Notes: generated by a model from the sequence alone, not told the origin. Shown: positions 29,184-39,030, counted from the first letter of the stretch. The stretch is 64,000 nucleotides of DNA from an uncultured Syntrophomonas sp. (GCA_964501655.1 CAZCTN010000006.1:29206-93205), one strand, 5' to 3'. Numbers and translations are program-made.

Positions 29184-29366
29184 CTATTTCTTGTCCGCTA
29201 ATTCTTCCAGGTAATCGTCATCTTCCCGGGCTTTGCGGAAATTATTCAGGGCTTTGCCCATGGACTCACCCACCTTGGGTAATTTCCCCGGTCCGACAAT
29301 AATCAGTATGATAGCCAGTATAAATATCATTTCCCAGGGACCAAAGTTGCCAATTAATCCAAACAT
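29184..29366 (-). CDS. tatA: Twin-arginine translocase subunit TatA/E
   Basis: 60 aa: N-terminal TM helix, then the amphipathic GPGKLPKVGESMGKALNNFRKA. Confidence 0.85.
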   Translation of the reverse strand: MFGLIGNFGPWEMIFILAIILIIVGPGKLPKVGESMGKALNNFRKAREDDDYLEELADKK

Positions 29367-29524
29367 CTTTTCATCCTCCTCTTCCTAAGACCGGACTGCT
29401 CAGAGTCTGAATCCTCTGGTTGCCGGTTGTTCTCGCCGCTGCAGATCTCAAACAAAATATACTGTGGCCATTAAGGCCATGGATATCATCGCATCTGGTA
29501 CCGGGAGCCTTTCCCCATGTTTTC

Positions 29525-30310
29525 TTAGCCATAGCTGTGCAGCCCTGCCAGGAGATAGTTTACTCCAAAGAAGGTGAAGAGCACCAGTATGAATCCCGCT
29601 ATTACCACAAGGTTGGCATTGCTGCCTTTCCAGCCTTTGCTGCGATATATATGCAGGTATATGGCATAGATTATCCAGGTTACCAATGCCCAGGTCTCTT
29701 TGGGGTCCCAGCTCCAGTAAGTTCCCCAGGCTTGTTCTGCCCATACTCCTCCCAACACTATGGAGATGGACAGCATCACGAACCCGCCTCCTACTGCTCT
29801 GTATACATTTATATCATGACTGTTATCCTTTTTCAGCAGCTGCACCAGAGCCAGGGCTGCCGCCAGGGCAAAGGCGCTGTAGGCAAATACAGCAGTCAAT
29901 ACGTGGCTGGTCAGCCAGGGACTCTTCAGGGCCGGCATCAGTGGAGTAAAGCTGCCATGCTGCTGGGGCATGAGTAAAAATACCGTTCCCAGCAACAGAG
30001 CGGTGATAACCATCAGACCGGCTCCCCCGCTGCGAGTCCGACTCGTCTTTTCATAAAGTAAATACAGCAGTACACTCACAAAAGTGAAGCAAAGCAAAAA
30101 TTCATAACCGTCAGTTAAAGGCAGCCGGCCGGTCATAATGGTTCGTGCTGTCAGGGCAGCCAGGTTGGCCAGTGCTCCGGCTATGGCGGCAATAACGGCC
30201 GCCTGGAGCAGCTTTTCACGCCTGCTCGAATATCCCAGGCCATACAGGCAACTACTAATCAAGAAAAGCAGCAAGGCCAGTCCGGTACTGGTTTTTATTA
30301 TTTCTGCCAT
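29525..30310 (-). CDS. ccsA: Cytochrome c biogenesis protein CcsA/ResC (System II heme handling)
   Basis: WWD-type motif WGTYWSWDPKETWALVTW. Confidence 0.85.
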   Translation of the reverse strand: MAEIIKTSTGLALLLFLISSCLYGLGYSSRREKLLQAAVIAAIAGALANLAALTARTIMTGRLPLTDGYEFLLCFTFVSVLLYLLYEKTSRTRSGGAGLMVITALLLGTVFLLMPQQHGSFTPLMPALKSPWLTSHVLTAVFAYSAFALAAALALVQLLKKDNSHDINVYRAVGGGFVMLSISIVLGGVWAEQAWGTYWSWDPKETWALVTWIIYAIYLHIYRSKGWKGSNANLVVIAGFILVLFTFFGVNYLLAGLHSYG

Positions 30311-30312
30311 AT

Positions 30313-31317
30313 CTATTCCTCCCGGGTTTTCCTGTCCGAGCTGTCTCCGGTCCGCCTAAAAATACCCAGCTCCGCCAAAACTACCCCTAACATGAACAAG
30401 ATCCCTCCTGCTCCAGCATAAGGCAAGCCCGGATCTTCTTTAACTTTGAACACCGAATATGATTTGAGACCGTTGAATTCAAGGGCAGCATTGGAGTCAA
30501 TTTCGATCCTTTCTCCAAAAGGAGCCGCCCCCACTCCCAGAAGCTGCTCTTCCTGGTAGATGGAATAGATAATCTTAGGGTTATTGGGCTGAAGACTCTT
30601 GCTTTCCATCCCATAGGACGGGTCGAAATCGGGGACATATTTGAAAACTTTAACCCCCCACCTGCTGCCTGGAATGTTCAGCAGCTGCCCTTCTACGGCA
30701 GCAGTATTCATCACCTTTCCCTCAGCTTCCAGCGTCACCCCCACCATGCTGCCATAACTTTGCTGATATATTTTGATTCCGTCATAGCGCAGCGGATAGT
30801 TTACCCTAATGGTTTCCTGCTGCTCCAGCTGATCCCCCTTAAATACACTTACCCGGGACAAATACTGGGAGGGCATATTATTGTCATACAGCTCAATTTC
30901 AAAGGCTTCCAGCAGCAAAGTCACCGCTTCCCCATTTCTTTCCTCAGCAATAACAGCTTTTTCTCCTTCGGCCAGCCTCACCGTACCGCTCTGTCCGGCC
31001 CAGCTGTTAATCATACCCCCGATCAGGATCAGCATCAATCCGCTGTGCAATATCAACCATCCCCATTGCCGCACCTTGCTCAAAAGGTCCTTCCCGGCCC
31101 CCAGCAGTTTTCTCAACTTAAGGCAGCGATTGATGGTACATAAACCCAGGTTGAAAAACAGCAAGATTATCAGGATATTGAACAGCAAATGATGATAAAA
31201 TCTGTCCGGCAGAATACTGCTCCCCACAGCTGAGAATAAAGCCAGCAATGCCAGCAAGACCAATCCGGTTTTCATGGAGGAAAAAGTCTTAAAGGTATAA
31301 TGAAAGATCCTGCTCAT
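30313..31317 (-). CDS. resB: Cytochrome c biogenesis protein ResB/Ccs1 (short form)
   Basis: Immediately upstream of ccsA; N-terminal TM pair plus a large extracytoplasmic domain and a C-terminal TM helix. Confidence 0.7.
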   Translation of the reverse strand: MSRIFHYTFKTFSSMKTGLVLLALLALFSAVGSSILPDRFYHHLLFNILIILLFFNLGLCTINRCLKLRKLLGAGKDLLSKVRQWGWLILHSGLMLILIGGMINSWAGQSGTVRLAEGEKAVIAEERNGEAVTLLLEAFEIELYDNNMPSQYLSRVSVFKGDQLEQQETIRVNYPLRYDGIKIYQQSYGSMVGVTLEAEGKVMNTAAVEGQLLNIPGSRWGVKVFKYVPDFDPSYGMESKSLQPNNPKIIYSIYQEEQLLGVGAAPFGERIEIDSNAALEFNGLKSYSVFKVKEDPGLPYAGAGGILFMLGVVLAELGIFRRTGDSSDRKTREE

Positions 31318-31601
31318 GCCGACTCCTCCGTCTGAAATAATAAGATCGTACCTATATTGTACAATTATCTCTGATTTTTTTTCTTTGGATGAACCAACAA
31401 TTCTTAAGATATCTTAATTGTACTAGCATCCAATCGTATTCATCATGTATACAGTTTCGTCCTGAACTCCTGCTGTTTTAACCCCAGCTTAGACCCAGAA
31501 ATGCTCCGGTTCCCACTCCAATAATAACAGCTATTCCCCCAGCAGCAAGTGTAACTTTTTTACTAAAAATAGCTTTCCATCCCTTTTTGCCTTTTACTTC
31601 A

Positions 31602-31826
31602 TTATTTTCCGTTTAATAGGTTTGCTGCTTTAACGCAGTCATTTCTCTGCTTAGAATCCTTCTGGCATTTCAGGCAGGCTGCAATCAGATGATCCAGCTC
31701 CTGGCTCAATTGCAGTATGTCTCCTTCAGTAAAGACTGTACCTCTTTCCTCGGCCAACCTGTTCAGATGCCATCGCTTATCTCCAATCCGCTCCATCAAC
31801 GGACAACCTTTGCACATCATTTCCAT
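31602..31826 (-). CDS. Spo0E-family aspartyl-phosphate phosphatase-like protein
   Basis: Signature SQELDHLI in a small helical protein; start uncertain (several Met codons). Confidence 0.5.
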   Translation of the reverse strand: MEMMCKGCPLMERIGDKRWHLNRLAEERGTVFTEGDILQLSQELDHLIAACLKCQKDSKQRNDCVKAANLLNGK

Positions 31827-32118
31827 ATCCTCCGCTTCATACCTGTATGACCTCTATACAAATTAGCAGCATATGTTTATAATCAAGTGTAGAAGTTGGC
31901 AGAAGCACCTTTTCAAGAAAACGCCTGCGAATTTCATCTCCATTATAATTCAACTATCCGCTAAGTTGTTTTAGAGCCTACCCCAAGTTTTAGTCTCGAT
32001 TTTAGTATCCGCGCCCAATCGAATATGCGAATTCTGCATGATACCATTAAACTAAACTTAATAGTTCTTTAGTTTGTCGTGTTGTTAACAGGGAATCCAA
32101 TTAGAGAGGAGAAGGATT

Positions 32119-33831
32119 ATGAGTTTAGAAGAAAACGGCAAAAAAGGCATCTCCAGAAGAACATTCATTCAGGGTACGGCCATTGGTGCTGTAGGTCTAG
32201 CCGGCGCTGGTTTGCTGACTGGCTGCAGCCCCAAAGAAACACCTTCAGATGGACAGGCTGGCAGCTCTACCGGTAAGTGGAGCTGGGAAACCAAGCCTGA
32301 CCCGATACCCGCCTCTGAGATTAAAAAGACCGTTGATACTGAAGTGTTGGTAGTAGGTGCCGGACTGGCTGGTACCTGCGCTGTATTGTCTGCTCATGAA
32401 GCAGGAGCCAAGGCCATTTTGATTGATAAAAATGATACCTGGGCAGCCCGCGGAGGTCATATAACCGCTTTTGGCAGCAAGCTTCAGCAAGAGATGGGCA
32501 TCAATGTAGATTACCGGCATGTAATTAGAAGATGGGTTTACTGGGCTCAGGGCAGATGTAAAGAAGATTTGCTCTGGCTCTTTGCGGAGAAAAGCGGAGC
32601 CTGTTTCGACTGGGTTATGGACCAGGTTGAGCCCCGCGGCTTGAAAGTTGCCATGTGGGATGGCTATTTTAAAGGACCCGATTATACCGAATATCCTGTT
32701 ACTCATTTCTTTTATCAGGACGGAACCAACTTCATTTACCAGGACGGAAATATTGAGGGAGCCGGCAACGGAGTTCTGCTTCCCATCCTGGAAGAAATCA
32801 TCAAAGAAAAGGGGATTGATATACATTATAAAACTCCGGCCGTACAGCTGGTCAGAGATGGTAATGGGCCAGTTACCGGCATAATCGCCGGAGAGGCCGG
32901 TAATTATACCCAGTATAATGCCAGCAAGGGAGTCATAATCGCTACCGGAGACTATGCATCCGATAAAGAAATGGTAGAGAGATACGATCCTTTTGCTCTC
33001 CAGGCTGATTCCCAGATATACTTCCCCAACAAGTGTAATACCGGTGATGCTCACAAAATGGCCATGTGGGTCGGCGGAGCTATGCAGAAAGTGGAACCTC
33101 ATGCCGCTGTTATTCACCTGGAATCCGGAGCCCAAAGCTATGCTTTCCTGCATGTTAATGCCTTGGGCCAGCGTTTTAAAAATGAGGACGTTAATACCCA
33201 GTCCAAGAGCTGCAGCAAGCACTACGAGCCGGACGGTATCGCCTGGACGGTATATGATGCTGATGGCCTTCAGCAGGTCAAAAAGCAAATCGATGCCGGC
33301 ATCGGCGGCGGCCTATTCTATGGTCAGACCTTCCAGCGCATAGGAACTGAATTTGACCTGGAAGCTGAGCAGCAGGTTCTGGATCTGCACCTGAGCAACG
33401 GCAAGGTAGTTACTGCCGATACCCTGGAGGGCCTGGCAGCAAAAATGGGAGTTCCCGCCGATGCTCTGGCTGAAACAGTCCAGCGTTACAATGAAATGGT
33501 CGCGTCTCAAAACGACAAGGAATACGGCAAACGATCCGAATTATTGACCCCCATAGTTAAAGCCCCGTTCTACGCCGGGAAACTCTTGAGCACCGTTCTG
33601 ACCATGGTAGGCGGACTGAGAACCAACACCAATCTGAATGTTCTGGACGAAAATGACCAGCCGATTGAAAACTTGTATGTAGCAGGATCGGCTGCCGGCG
33701 ATTTCTTTGCCAACGATTATCCCACTATTTGTCCTGGCATCGGACATGGACGCTGTATAACTTTCGGCCGCTTGGCGGGAATTATTGCAGCCGGAAAATC
33801 GGCTGACATCGTTCCGTCAATAGATGTTTAA
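32119..33831 (+). CDS. Tat-exported lipoprotein FAD-dependent oxidoreductase (fumarate reductase / flavocytochrome-c flavin-subunit-like, FAD_binding_2)
   Basis: Twin-arginine signal SRRTFIQG plus lipobox LLTGC; dinucleotide fold VVGAGLAGTCA; GAGGAGAAGG RBS. Confidence 0.8.
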   Translation: MSLEENGKKGISRRTFIQGTAIGAVGLAGAGLLTGCSPKETPSDGQAGSSTGKWSWETKPDPIPASEIKKTVDTEVLVVGAGLAGTCAVLSAHEAGAKAILIDKNDTWAARGGHITAFGSKLQQEMGINVDYRHVIRRWVYWAQGRCKEDLLWLFAEKSGACFDWVMDQVEPRGLKVAMWDGYFKGPDYTEYPVTHFFYQDGTNFIYQDGNIEGAGNGVLLPILEEIIKEKGIDIHYKTPAVQLVRDGNGPVTGIIAGEAGNYTQYNASKGVIIATGDYASDKEMVERYDPFALQADSQIYFPNKCNTGDAHKMAMWVGGAMQKVEPHAAVIHLESGAQSYAFLHVNALGQRFKNEDVNTQSKSCSKHYEPDGIAWTVYDADGLQQVKKQIDAGIGGGLFYGQTFQRIGTEFDLEAEQQVLDLHLSNGKVVTADTLEGLAAKMGVPADALAETVQRYNEMVASQNDKEYGKRSELLTPIVKAPFYAGKLLSTVLTMVGGLRTNTNLNVLDENDQPIENLYVAGSAAGDFFANDYPTICPGIGHGRCITFGRLAGIIAAGKSADIVPSIDV

Positions 33832-33867
33832 GCGTCTGTTAACTGAAGTAACTGAAATCTGAACTAT

Positions 33868-33900
33868 AAGGGGAGATCGCGGCTTTCGATTCTCCCCTTT
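33868..33900 (+). terminator. Rho-independent terminator
   Basis: AAGGGGAGA ... TCTCCCCTT stem followed by T residues. Confidence 0.65.
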
Positions 33901-34121
33901 CCATAAGGAAATGCAGCCTGAAAATACAGGGTAATAACCCTGGCAGAAATAACACAATATAATCACAGCTATATCAAACTGGCATTCCAGTCTATATGCA
34001 AGCTATAATAAAACTAGAATATGTCCCCCGCTTAAGGTGAGGTTCTTTTTAACAGAACAGGCGGCAGGTTCAAACTAGTTTCTTCCTTATTTGTTGTCGA
34101 ACCTAAATGGTGGTGTATTTT

Positions 34122-35321
34122 ATGTCAACAGACTTTAAAACTTCACATTATTTACTTGAAGGCATGCTTGATGCTGGATTACCTTTTGTGGGCATATATC
34201 TGGAAAAAAAAATAGGTAAGCCGGCAAAAATCACTGATGCGGCAGGTCGGATATTATATCCCGACCAAAGGGATAAGGTTCATCAAGCAGATGAGTTGTT
34301 TATAAATATCCCGGCAGGTATCAACCCCCGTTCTGATTATGAATTATCCAACGATTGTCTGTACTTTCAGATCCAACACAATTCCAGCTGCAGTGCCTAC
34401 GTGATAATCGATAATATTGCTGAACAGGACATTAACCGGGCTCTGAGCATACTGAAGGATAGCAGGCTGGCTTTAAAGTATCATTTTTTCATGTACAATG
34501 AAATGATCAAAAACAAGGAGGATTTTGCCCAGAGCTTGTATGAAAACTTCTTCCTGTCAGCCGATGTGAGTATCCCGGACAAGCTTAAAATGTATGAACA
34601 GAAAATGGATATCAACAACTATTATTTCGTTTCCCTTTGGGATATAGAGGAAGGTTCTTCCCAGCTGGACTGGAAGATACTTCGATCATATATATATGAA
34701 ACCATGAATCTGGAACAGTCAGAATATGTAAGTTCGATAATGGTCCCCGGACGCATCATAACCATTTTCCGGGGCAATCCCAAAGAAAGTCCCATGGATA
34801 TCGATCCTGACTGGCCGGGACGAGAGAACCTGGCATCAAGCAAAGAGGCTATAGAAAAGAAGTTCAATATAATTTATTCACAGGGATTGGGGAGAATTTA
34901 CCGGCCTTCAGGCTTGCTGCAGAGCTACCAGGAGGCCTGTATTGCCGTAGCCCTTCCTCGTTTGATGGGTCAAAAGGGCTTTATCCAGTATTTTTCCCAG
35001 CTGGGTGTATTCTCCATTATTTTCTCCCACGAACCCGAAACGGTAAGAAATTACTGCTATCAGGTTCTGGGCAGGATCATCGAACACGATCAGAAATATG
35101 GCACTGATCTGCTGGATACCCTCAGAATACTTCTGGATAATTCCTGCAGCTGGACTACTACCGCTAACCAGATGTATGTTCATGTTAATACCGTTTATTA
35201 TCGGATGTTTAAAGTACAAAAACTATTAAATGTAGACTTCTCCCTATTTGAAACCAGACTGCATCTGTATACGGCTATCAGAGCCTGGGATACTCTGAAT
35301 AACTGTAGTTTTCCAGAGTAA
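34122..35321 (+). CDS. PucR/CdaR-family transcriptional regulator
   Basis: C-terminal PucR-type HTH (TTANQMYVHVNTVYYRMFKVQKLLNVDF). ATG 34122 has better RBS spacing than 34107. Confidence 0.75.
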   Translation: MSTDFKTSHYLLEGMLDAGLPFVGIYLEKKIGKPAKITDAAGRILYPDQRDKVHQADELFINIPAGINPRSDYELSNDCLYFQIQHNSSCSAYVIIDNIAEQDINRALSILKDSRLALKYHFFMYNEMIKNKEDFAQSLYENFFLSADVSIPDKLKMYEQKMDINNYYFVSLWDIEEGSSQLDWKILRSYIYETMNLEQSEYVSSIMVPGRIITIFRGNPKESPMDIDPDWPGRENLASSKEAIEKKFNIIYSQGLGRIYRPSGLLQSYQEACIAVALPRLMGQKGFIQYFSQLGVFSIIFSHEPETVRNYCYQVLGRIIEHDQKYGTDLLDTLRILLDNSCSWTTTANQMYVHVNTVYYRMFKVQKLLNVDFSLFETRLHLYTAIRAWDTLNNCSFPE

Positions 35322-35489
35322 TACCAGGAAATATGGAGACAATATGCGAATTAATGAGGGAATGTTTAATCGGGTATGATCTGGACCGATTCTTTTGAAT
35401 TCTATTTTTTTATTACCACCTTAGAAGAATATTTCCAGTATCATTGAGAGAGGAAATTATAACAGCTACTAGTAATAGGGGATGATTTT

Positions 35490-37046
35490 ATGAACAGGAC
35501 TCCAATTACCAAATGGAGTTGGGAAAAGCGGCCATTACCTATACCAGCGGAGGAAATCAAACAAACTAGAGACGCAGATGTAGTAATAGTCGGGGCTGGA
35601 TTGGCCGGAATGGTGGCCGCGCTATCGGCCCGGGAAGCAGGAGCAAATCCCATATTAGTTGAAAAAAACTGGACTTTTTCCGCCCGCGGATTTCACAATG
35701 CAGCTTTTGGCAGCAGGGTTCAGCAGAAGATGGGGATTGAAGTTGACTATCGGCAGGTTATACGGGATTGGATAAGGTGGTCGCAGAGCAAAGCGGACGA
35801 GGTTCTGCTCTGGCACTTTGCCAGGAAGAGCGGCGCTTGCATGGACTGGCTGGTAGATATTGCCGAAGCCGGGGGGATGCAGACTGGAATTTGGGACGGC
35901 TATTACAAAGGGCCGGATTATACCGAGTATCCCGTTACCCACATGTTCTATGTTCCGGGCCAGCCTGATATTTCCTGGAATTATGGCTTGAGCATTATTT
36001 TAGACCAGAACCTCAGAACCAGCGGAGTAGAAATGCACTACAATATGCCGGCAGTTCGCTTGATCAGGGAAGATCACGGCCCGGTCACGGCAGTTATTGC
36101 CGGCCAACCCGGCAGCTATACCCAATTTAATGTCAGACGGGGAGTTATCATAGCCACCGGAGACTATGCCTCGGATATGGAGATGCTGGAGCGTTATAAT
36201 TCCTTCGCCCTGGAAGCCGATGCTCAAGTATATTTCCCCCAGGAGACCAACGCCGGTGAAGGTCATAAAATAGCCATGTGGGTAGGAGCGGCCATGCAAA
36301 AAGTGGAGCCCCATTCTACGGTTATCCACCTGGAAGCCGGGGCTATGAGTTATTTCTTTCTCCATGTTAATTCCCGGGGAAAACGTTTTAAAAACGAAGA
36401 TGTCAACACCCAGTCAAAAAGCTGCGGCAAACTGCTGGAACCCGGCGGAATTGCCTGGACCGTATACGATGCCAATGGCCTGGCCGATGTTCAGCGAACT
36501 ATTATCAGCAGTATCGGCGGCGGATTGTTCTGGGATCAAACTGAGCGATTGATGGGACAGGAATGGGATATGGATGCTGAACAGGTCTTGTTGGAGGAGC
36601 ACATCAAGACCGGCAAGGTGGTCACCGCCAATACCCTGGAAGAACTGGCTAAAAAAATGAGGGTGCCAGTGGATAGTTTTCTTGCTACGGTAGCCCGTTA
36701 CAACCAGATGGTGGAGCAAAAGGATGACGAAGACTTTGGCAAAAGACCGGAGCTGCTTACTCCCATTGTAAAACCTCCCTTTTTTGCCGGTAAACTCCTG
36801 GCCACCATACTTACTGCGTCTGGCGGCCTGCGCACCAATACCGAATGCCAGGTGCTGGATGAGGATGACGAACCGATTGCAAATCTCTATGTAGCAGGCT
36901 CTACGGCGGGTGGTTTTTTTGCCAATGACTATCCCACTATCTGCCCCGGTATAGGTCATGGGCGCTGTATTACCTTTGGGCGTATCGCCGGAATTGCAGC
37001 CGCCGGGAAAAATGTGGATGACTATATCCCTTCCCGGCGCATATAG
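35490..37046 (+). CDS. Cytoplasmic paralog of the 32119 flavoprotein (FAD_binding_2), with no signal peptide
   Basis: Alignable end to end with 32119..33831 from KWSWE onward (VVGAGLAGM, NEDVNTQSKSC, ANDYPTICPGIGHGRCITFGR). Stops tag/taa/tag immediately upstream exclude an N-terminal extension. Confidence 0.8.
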   Translation: MNRTPITKWSWEKRPLPIPAEEIKQTRDADVVIVGAGLAGMVAALSAREAGANPILVEKNWTFSARGFHNAAFGSRVQQKMGIEVDYRQVIRDWIRWSQSKADEVLLWHFARKSGACMDWLVDIAEAGGMQTGIWDGYYKGPDYTEYPVTHMFYVPGQPDISWNYGLSIILDQNLRTSGVEMHYNMPAVRLIREDHGPVTAVIAGQPGSYTQFNVRRGVIIATGDYASDMEMLERYNSFALEADAQVYFPQETNAGEGHKIAMWVGAAMQKVEPHSTVIHLEAGAMSYFFLHVNSRGKRFKNEDVNTQSKSCGKLLEPGGIAWTVYDANGLADVQRTIISSIGGGLFWDQTERLMGQEWDMDAEQVLLEEHIKTGKVVTANTLEELAKKMRVPVDSFLATVARYNQMVEQKDDEDFGKRPELLTPIVKPPFFAGKLLATILTASGGLRTNTECQVLDEDDEPIANLYVAGSTAGGFFANDYPTICPGIGHGRCITFGRIAGIAAAGKNVDDYIPSRRI

Positions 37047-37066
37047 GCAAAAGCACTACCCAGGCT

Positions 37067-37375
37067 TTAATCCTCGCTTAGTCTGGATCTGATCTGCTCA
37101 TACAGGTTGTATTCCTTGATTTTACGATATAGGGTTGATCTGCTCATCCCCAACCTGCCGGCAGCTTCAGATACATTGTAATTGTAAGCAGTTTGCAGAA
37201 AAGCTTGAATGATGGCTATTATTACCATTTTCTTAATGGAAAGATTGTTCTCCGCTGAGGCCAGGTCCATATCATAATCTGACTCCGGCCGAAGGGCTCC
37301 GATCAATCCGCTGATCTCATCAGGCAGGTTATTCGGTTTTATTACACCGTCATTGGCCGTATTTACGGCGTACAA
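37067..37375 (-). CDS. Small Fis-type HTH protein, possibly a remnant of a larger activator
   Basis: C-terminal HTH_8 pattern AAGRLGMSRSTLYRKIKEYNL. The only start is a TTG, so gene integrity is uncertain. Confidence 0.45.
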   Translation of the reverse strand: MYAVNTANDGVIKPNNLPDEISGLIGALRPESDYDMDLASAENNLSIKKMVIIAIIQAFLQTAYNYNVSEAAGRLGMSRSTLYRKIKEYNLYEQIRSRLSED

Positions 37376-37516
37376 CCTGGGATCTTTCCCAGATGCTTAC
37401 CCGGGTAAACCTTTATACAGCGAGAAAAGTCTGGGACACCCTGGAACTCAATGGATATCTGAGTTAACCCGGCTGCCAGCCGGGCAGGGATAGTGGTTTA
37501 ATTATCCAGGATAGGC

Positions 37517-38038
37517 TTAAAACAATAGTTCTATGTTGTCCCAGCCATAAGCGGCAAATAGCAATTCTTCTTCAGCAATGGCAAAAACCCTGGTGGTTAC
37601 CTGTTTTCCACCCAGCATCTCATAAAAACCACAGGCAGAGCCAGACTCCAGGGTCCAGAGCATCAGAGAAGATATTCCGGATTGAAAAAGCTGACCGGCG
37701 GCAGCCTTGACCAGCATTCTGCCTATCCCCTTATTCTGCCATGATTGTAAAACATATAAAGCATATATTTCCCCGGCATAAGGTATGATTCCCATTCTTT
37801 CCCGGCCTCCTATAACAAAACCCAGCACTTCTCCCTGCTCATCTTCCGCTACGCAGGCAAACGAAAGCTCCTCCGTTTGATCAATATAATCCCGGAAATG
37901 TTTTTCCCGGTCCTCATAAGATAGAGCATTCAAGAAATCATCAGATATTATCCCGCAGAAAGCTGATCTCCAGGTATCCACATTTACTCTGGCGATAGCA
38001 GCAGCATCCTCCCTTTGGGCCTTTCTAACCCGTATCAT
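37517..38038 (-). CDS. GNAT-family N-acetyltransferase
   Basis: Acetyl-CoA motif QNKGIGRMLV; typical size of about 170 aa. Confidence 0.8.
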   Translation of the reverse strand: MIRVRKAQREDAAAIARVNVDTWRSAFCGIISDDFLNALSYEDREKHFRDYIDQTEELSFACVAEDEQGEVLGFVIGGRERMGIIPYAGEIYALYVLQSWQNKGIGRMLVKAAAGQLFQSGISSLMLWTLESGSACGFYEMLGGKQVTTRVFAIAEEELLFAAYGWDNIELLF

Positions 38039-38149
38039 AAAGCACCTCCTTCATTTTTTAGAATTCGGGGAACCTCCCCCCCGGGGCTCTCACCTTTTTA
38101 GGATTATATGCATATTATAGATCATAACGTGTTCACGGAGGACTGATAC

Positions 38150-38473
38150 ATGAGCAGAACTTTGCATTACAAGAATGTGAACAAAAAACGGTTTGAATGT
38201 ATGAAATCCACTATGCGTTCCCGGGTGAACGAATTCGCCCGCATCCACCATTACACTATCAGCGTCTGGCAGGTACCAGACAAGGATTCGGGACGATGGC
38301 ATATAAAGCTGGAAAGCAACAAAATGAACAAACCCGGTCTGGATTTTATAGCCAACGTAAAACGCAGTCCCAACAACCAGTTGACCATCGATCTGGTCCA
38401 TATGCCCGCGTTCATATCCACATCCAGCGCCGTAAGGGAAGTCAATGCAGTCTATAATAGCTGCAGCGAATAA
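38150..38473 (+). CDS. Hypothetical protein (107 aa)
   Basis: GGAGG RBS 8 nt before the ATG and a strong hairpin after the stop; no family recognised. The overlapping minus-strand ORF 38090..38401 is rejected. Confidence 0.5.
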   Translation: MSRTLHYKNVNKKRFECMKSTMRSRVNEFARIHHYTISVWQVPDKDSGRWHIKLESNKMNKPGLDFIANVKRSPNNQLTIDLVHMPAFISTSSAVREVNAVYNSCSE

Positions 38474-38484
38474 AAATCAAGAAA

Positions 38485-38548
38485 AAACAAGGGGACGGTT
38501 CTTTTGTTTGCTGGCATACAAGCAAACAAAAGAACCGTCCCCTTGTTT
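38485..38548. terminator. Perfect 28-bp inverted repeat (8-nt loop) between convergent genes; bidirectional terminator or palindromic element
   Basis: aaacaaggggacggttcttttgtttgct (38485..38512) pairs with agcaaacaaaagaaccgtccccttgttt (38521..38548). Confidence 0.7.
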
Positions 38549-38556
38549 GGTGTATG

Positions 38557-39030
38557 CTAGGTGTCGTAAGTGGGATGTCCCTCGGGGATGATGCCCCAGG
38601 AACTGCCATTTGCATTGCGGCATATGACTTTGTATATACCGGCGTTCAGTATTATTCTTTTGCATAAAAAACATGGCTCAGCATCTATCGGTTTGCCGCT
38701 GGGCACATCATAACCAGCCAGGTATAGGATACCTCCCAGGGTTTTCCCTCTGCCGGCATTGATAATGGCGTTCATCTCTGCGTGGACACTGCGGCATAAC
38801 TCATAACGTTCTCCGCTGGGCACGCCTTTTTGTTCCCGATCACAGAAGCCTAGGTCGCAGCAGTTGGGAAGGCCCCGGGGCGCTCCGGTATAACCGGTGG
38901 AAACAATAGCGTCATTTTTAATAATAACTGCTCCGTAGTTTCTTCGCAAACAGGTGCCGCGCGAAGCTACGTCCAGGGCAATATTTAAGTAATAATCATT
39001 TTTACTAGGTCTGGGCTTCAAGGCCATCAC
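38557..39030 (-). CDS. comEB: dCMP deaminase (ComEB-type)
   Basis: Zinc motifs HAEMNAI and PCFLCKRII. Confidence 0.85.
   Translation of the reverse strand: MMALKPRPSKNDYYLNIALDVASRGTCLRRNYGAVIIKNDAIVSTGYTGAPRGLPNCCDLGFCDREQKGVPSGERYELCRSVHAEMNAIINAGRGKTLGGILYLAGYDVPSGKPIDAEPCFLCKRIILNAGIYKVICRNANGSSWGIIPEGHPTYDT

Noticed and set aside
31478-31601. A 40-codon open frame (+1 relative to the Spo0E-like gene, right after its TAA) encoding a clean TM helix (VTLAAGGIAVIIGVGTGAFLGLSWG), as a frameshift-added membrane anchor or separate micro-gene
   Set aside because: There is no ATG/GTG/TTG start or RBS in that frame. The AAA-TAA-T site is not a convincing +1 slippery site. The frame is also too short to support without expression data.
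32245-33288. Long antisense ORFs opposite real genes: 32245..33288, 36414..36959, 54110..54937, 18590..19282, 14583..15092, 27714..28316, 40869..41384, 60249..60698
   Set aside because: These are shadow frames of strongly supported genes on the other strand. They have no RBS, a low-complexity or odd composition, and no recognisable family.
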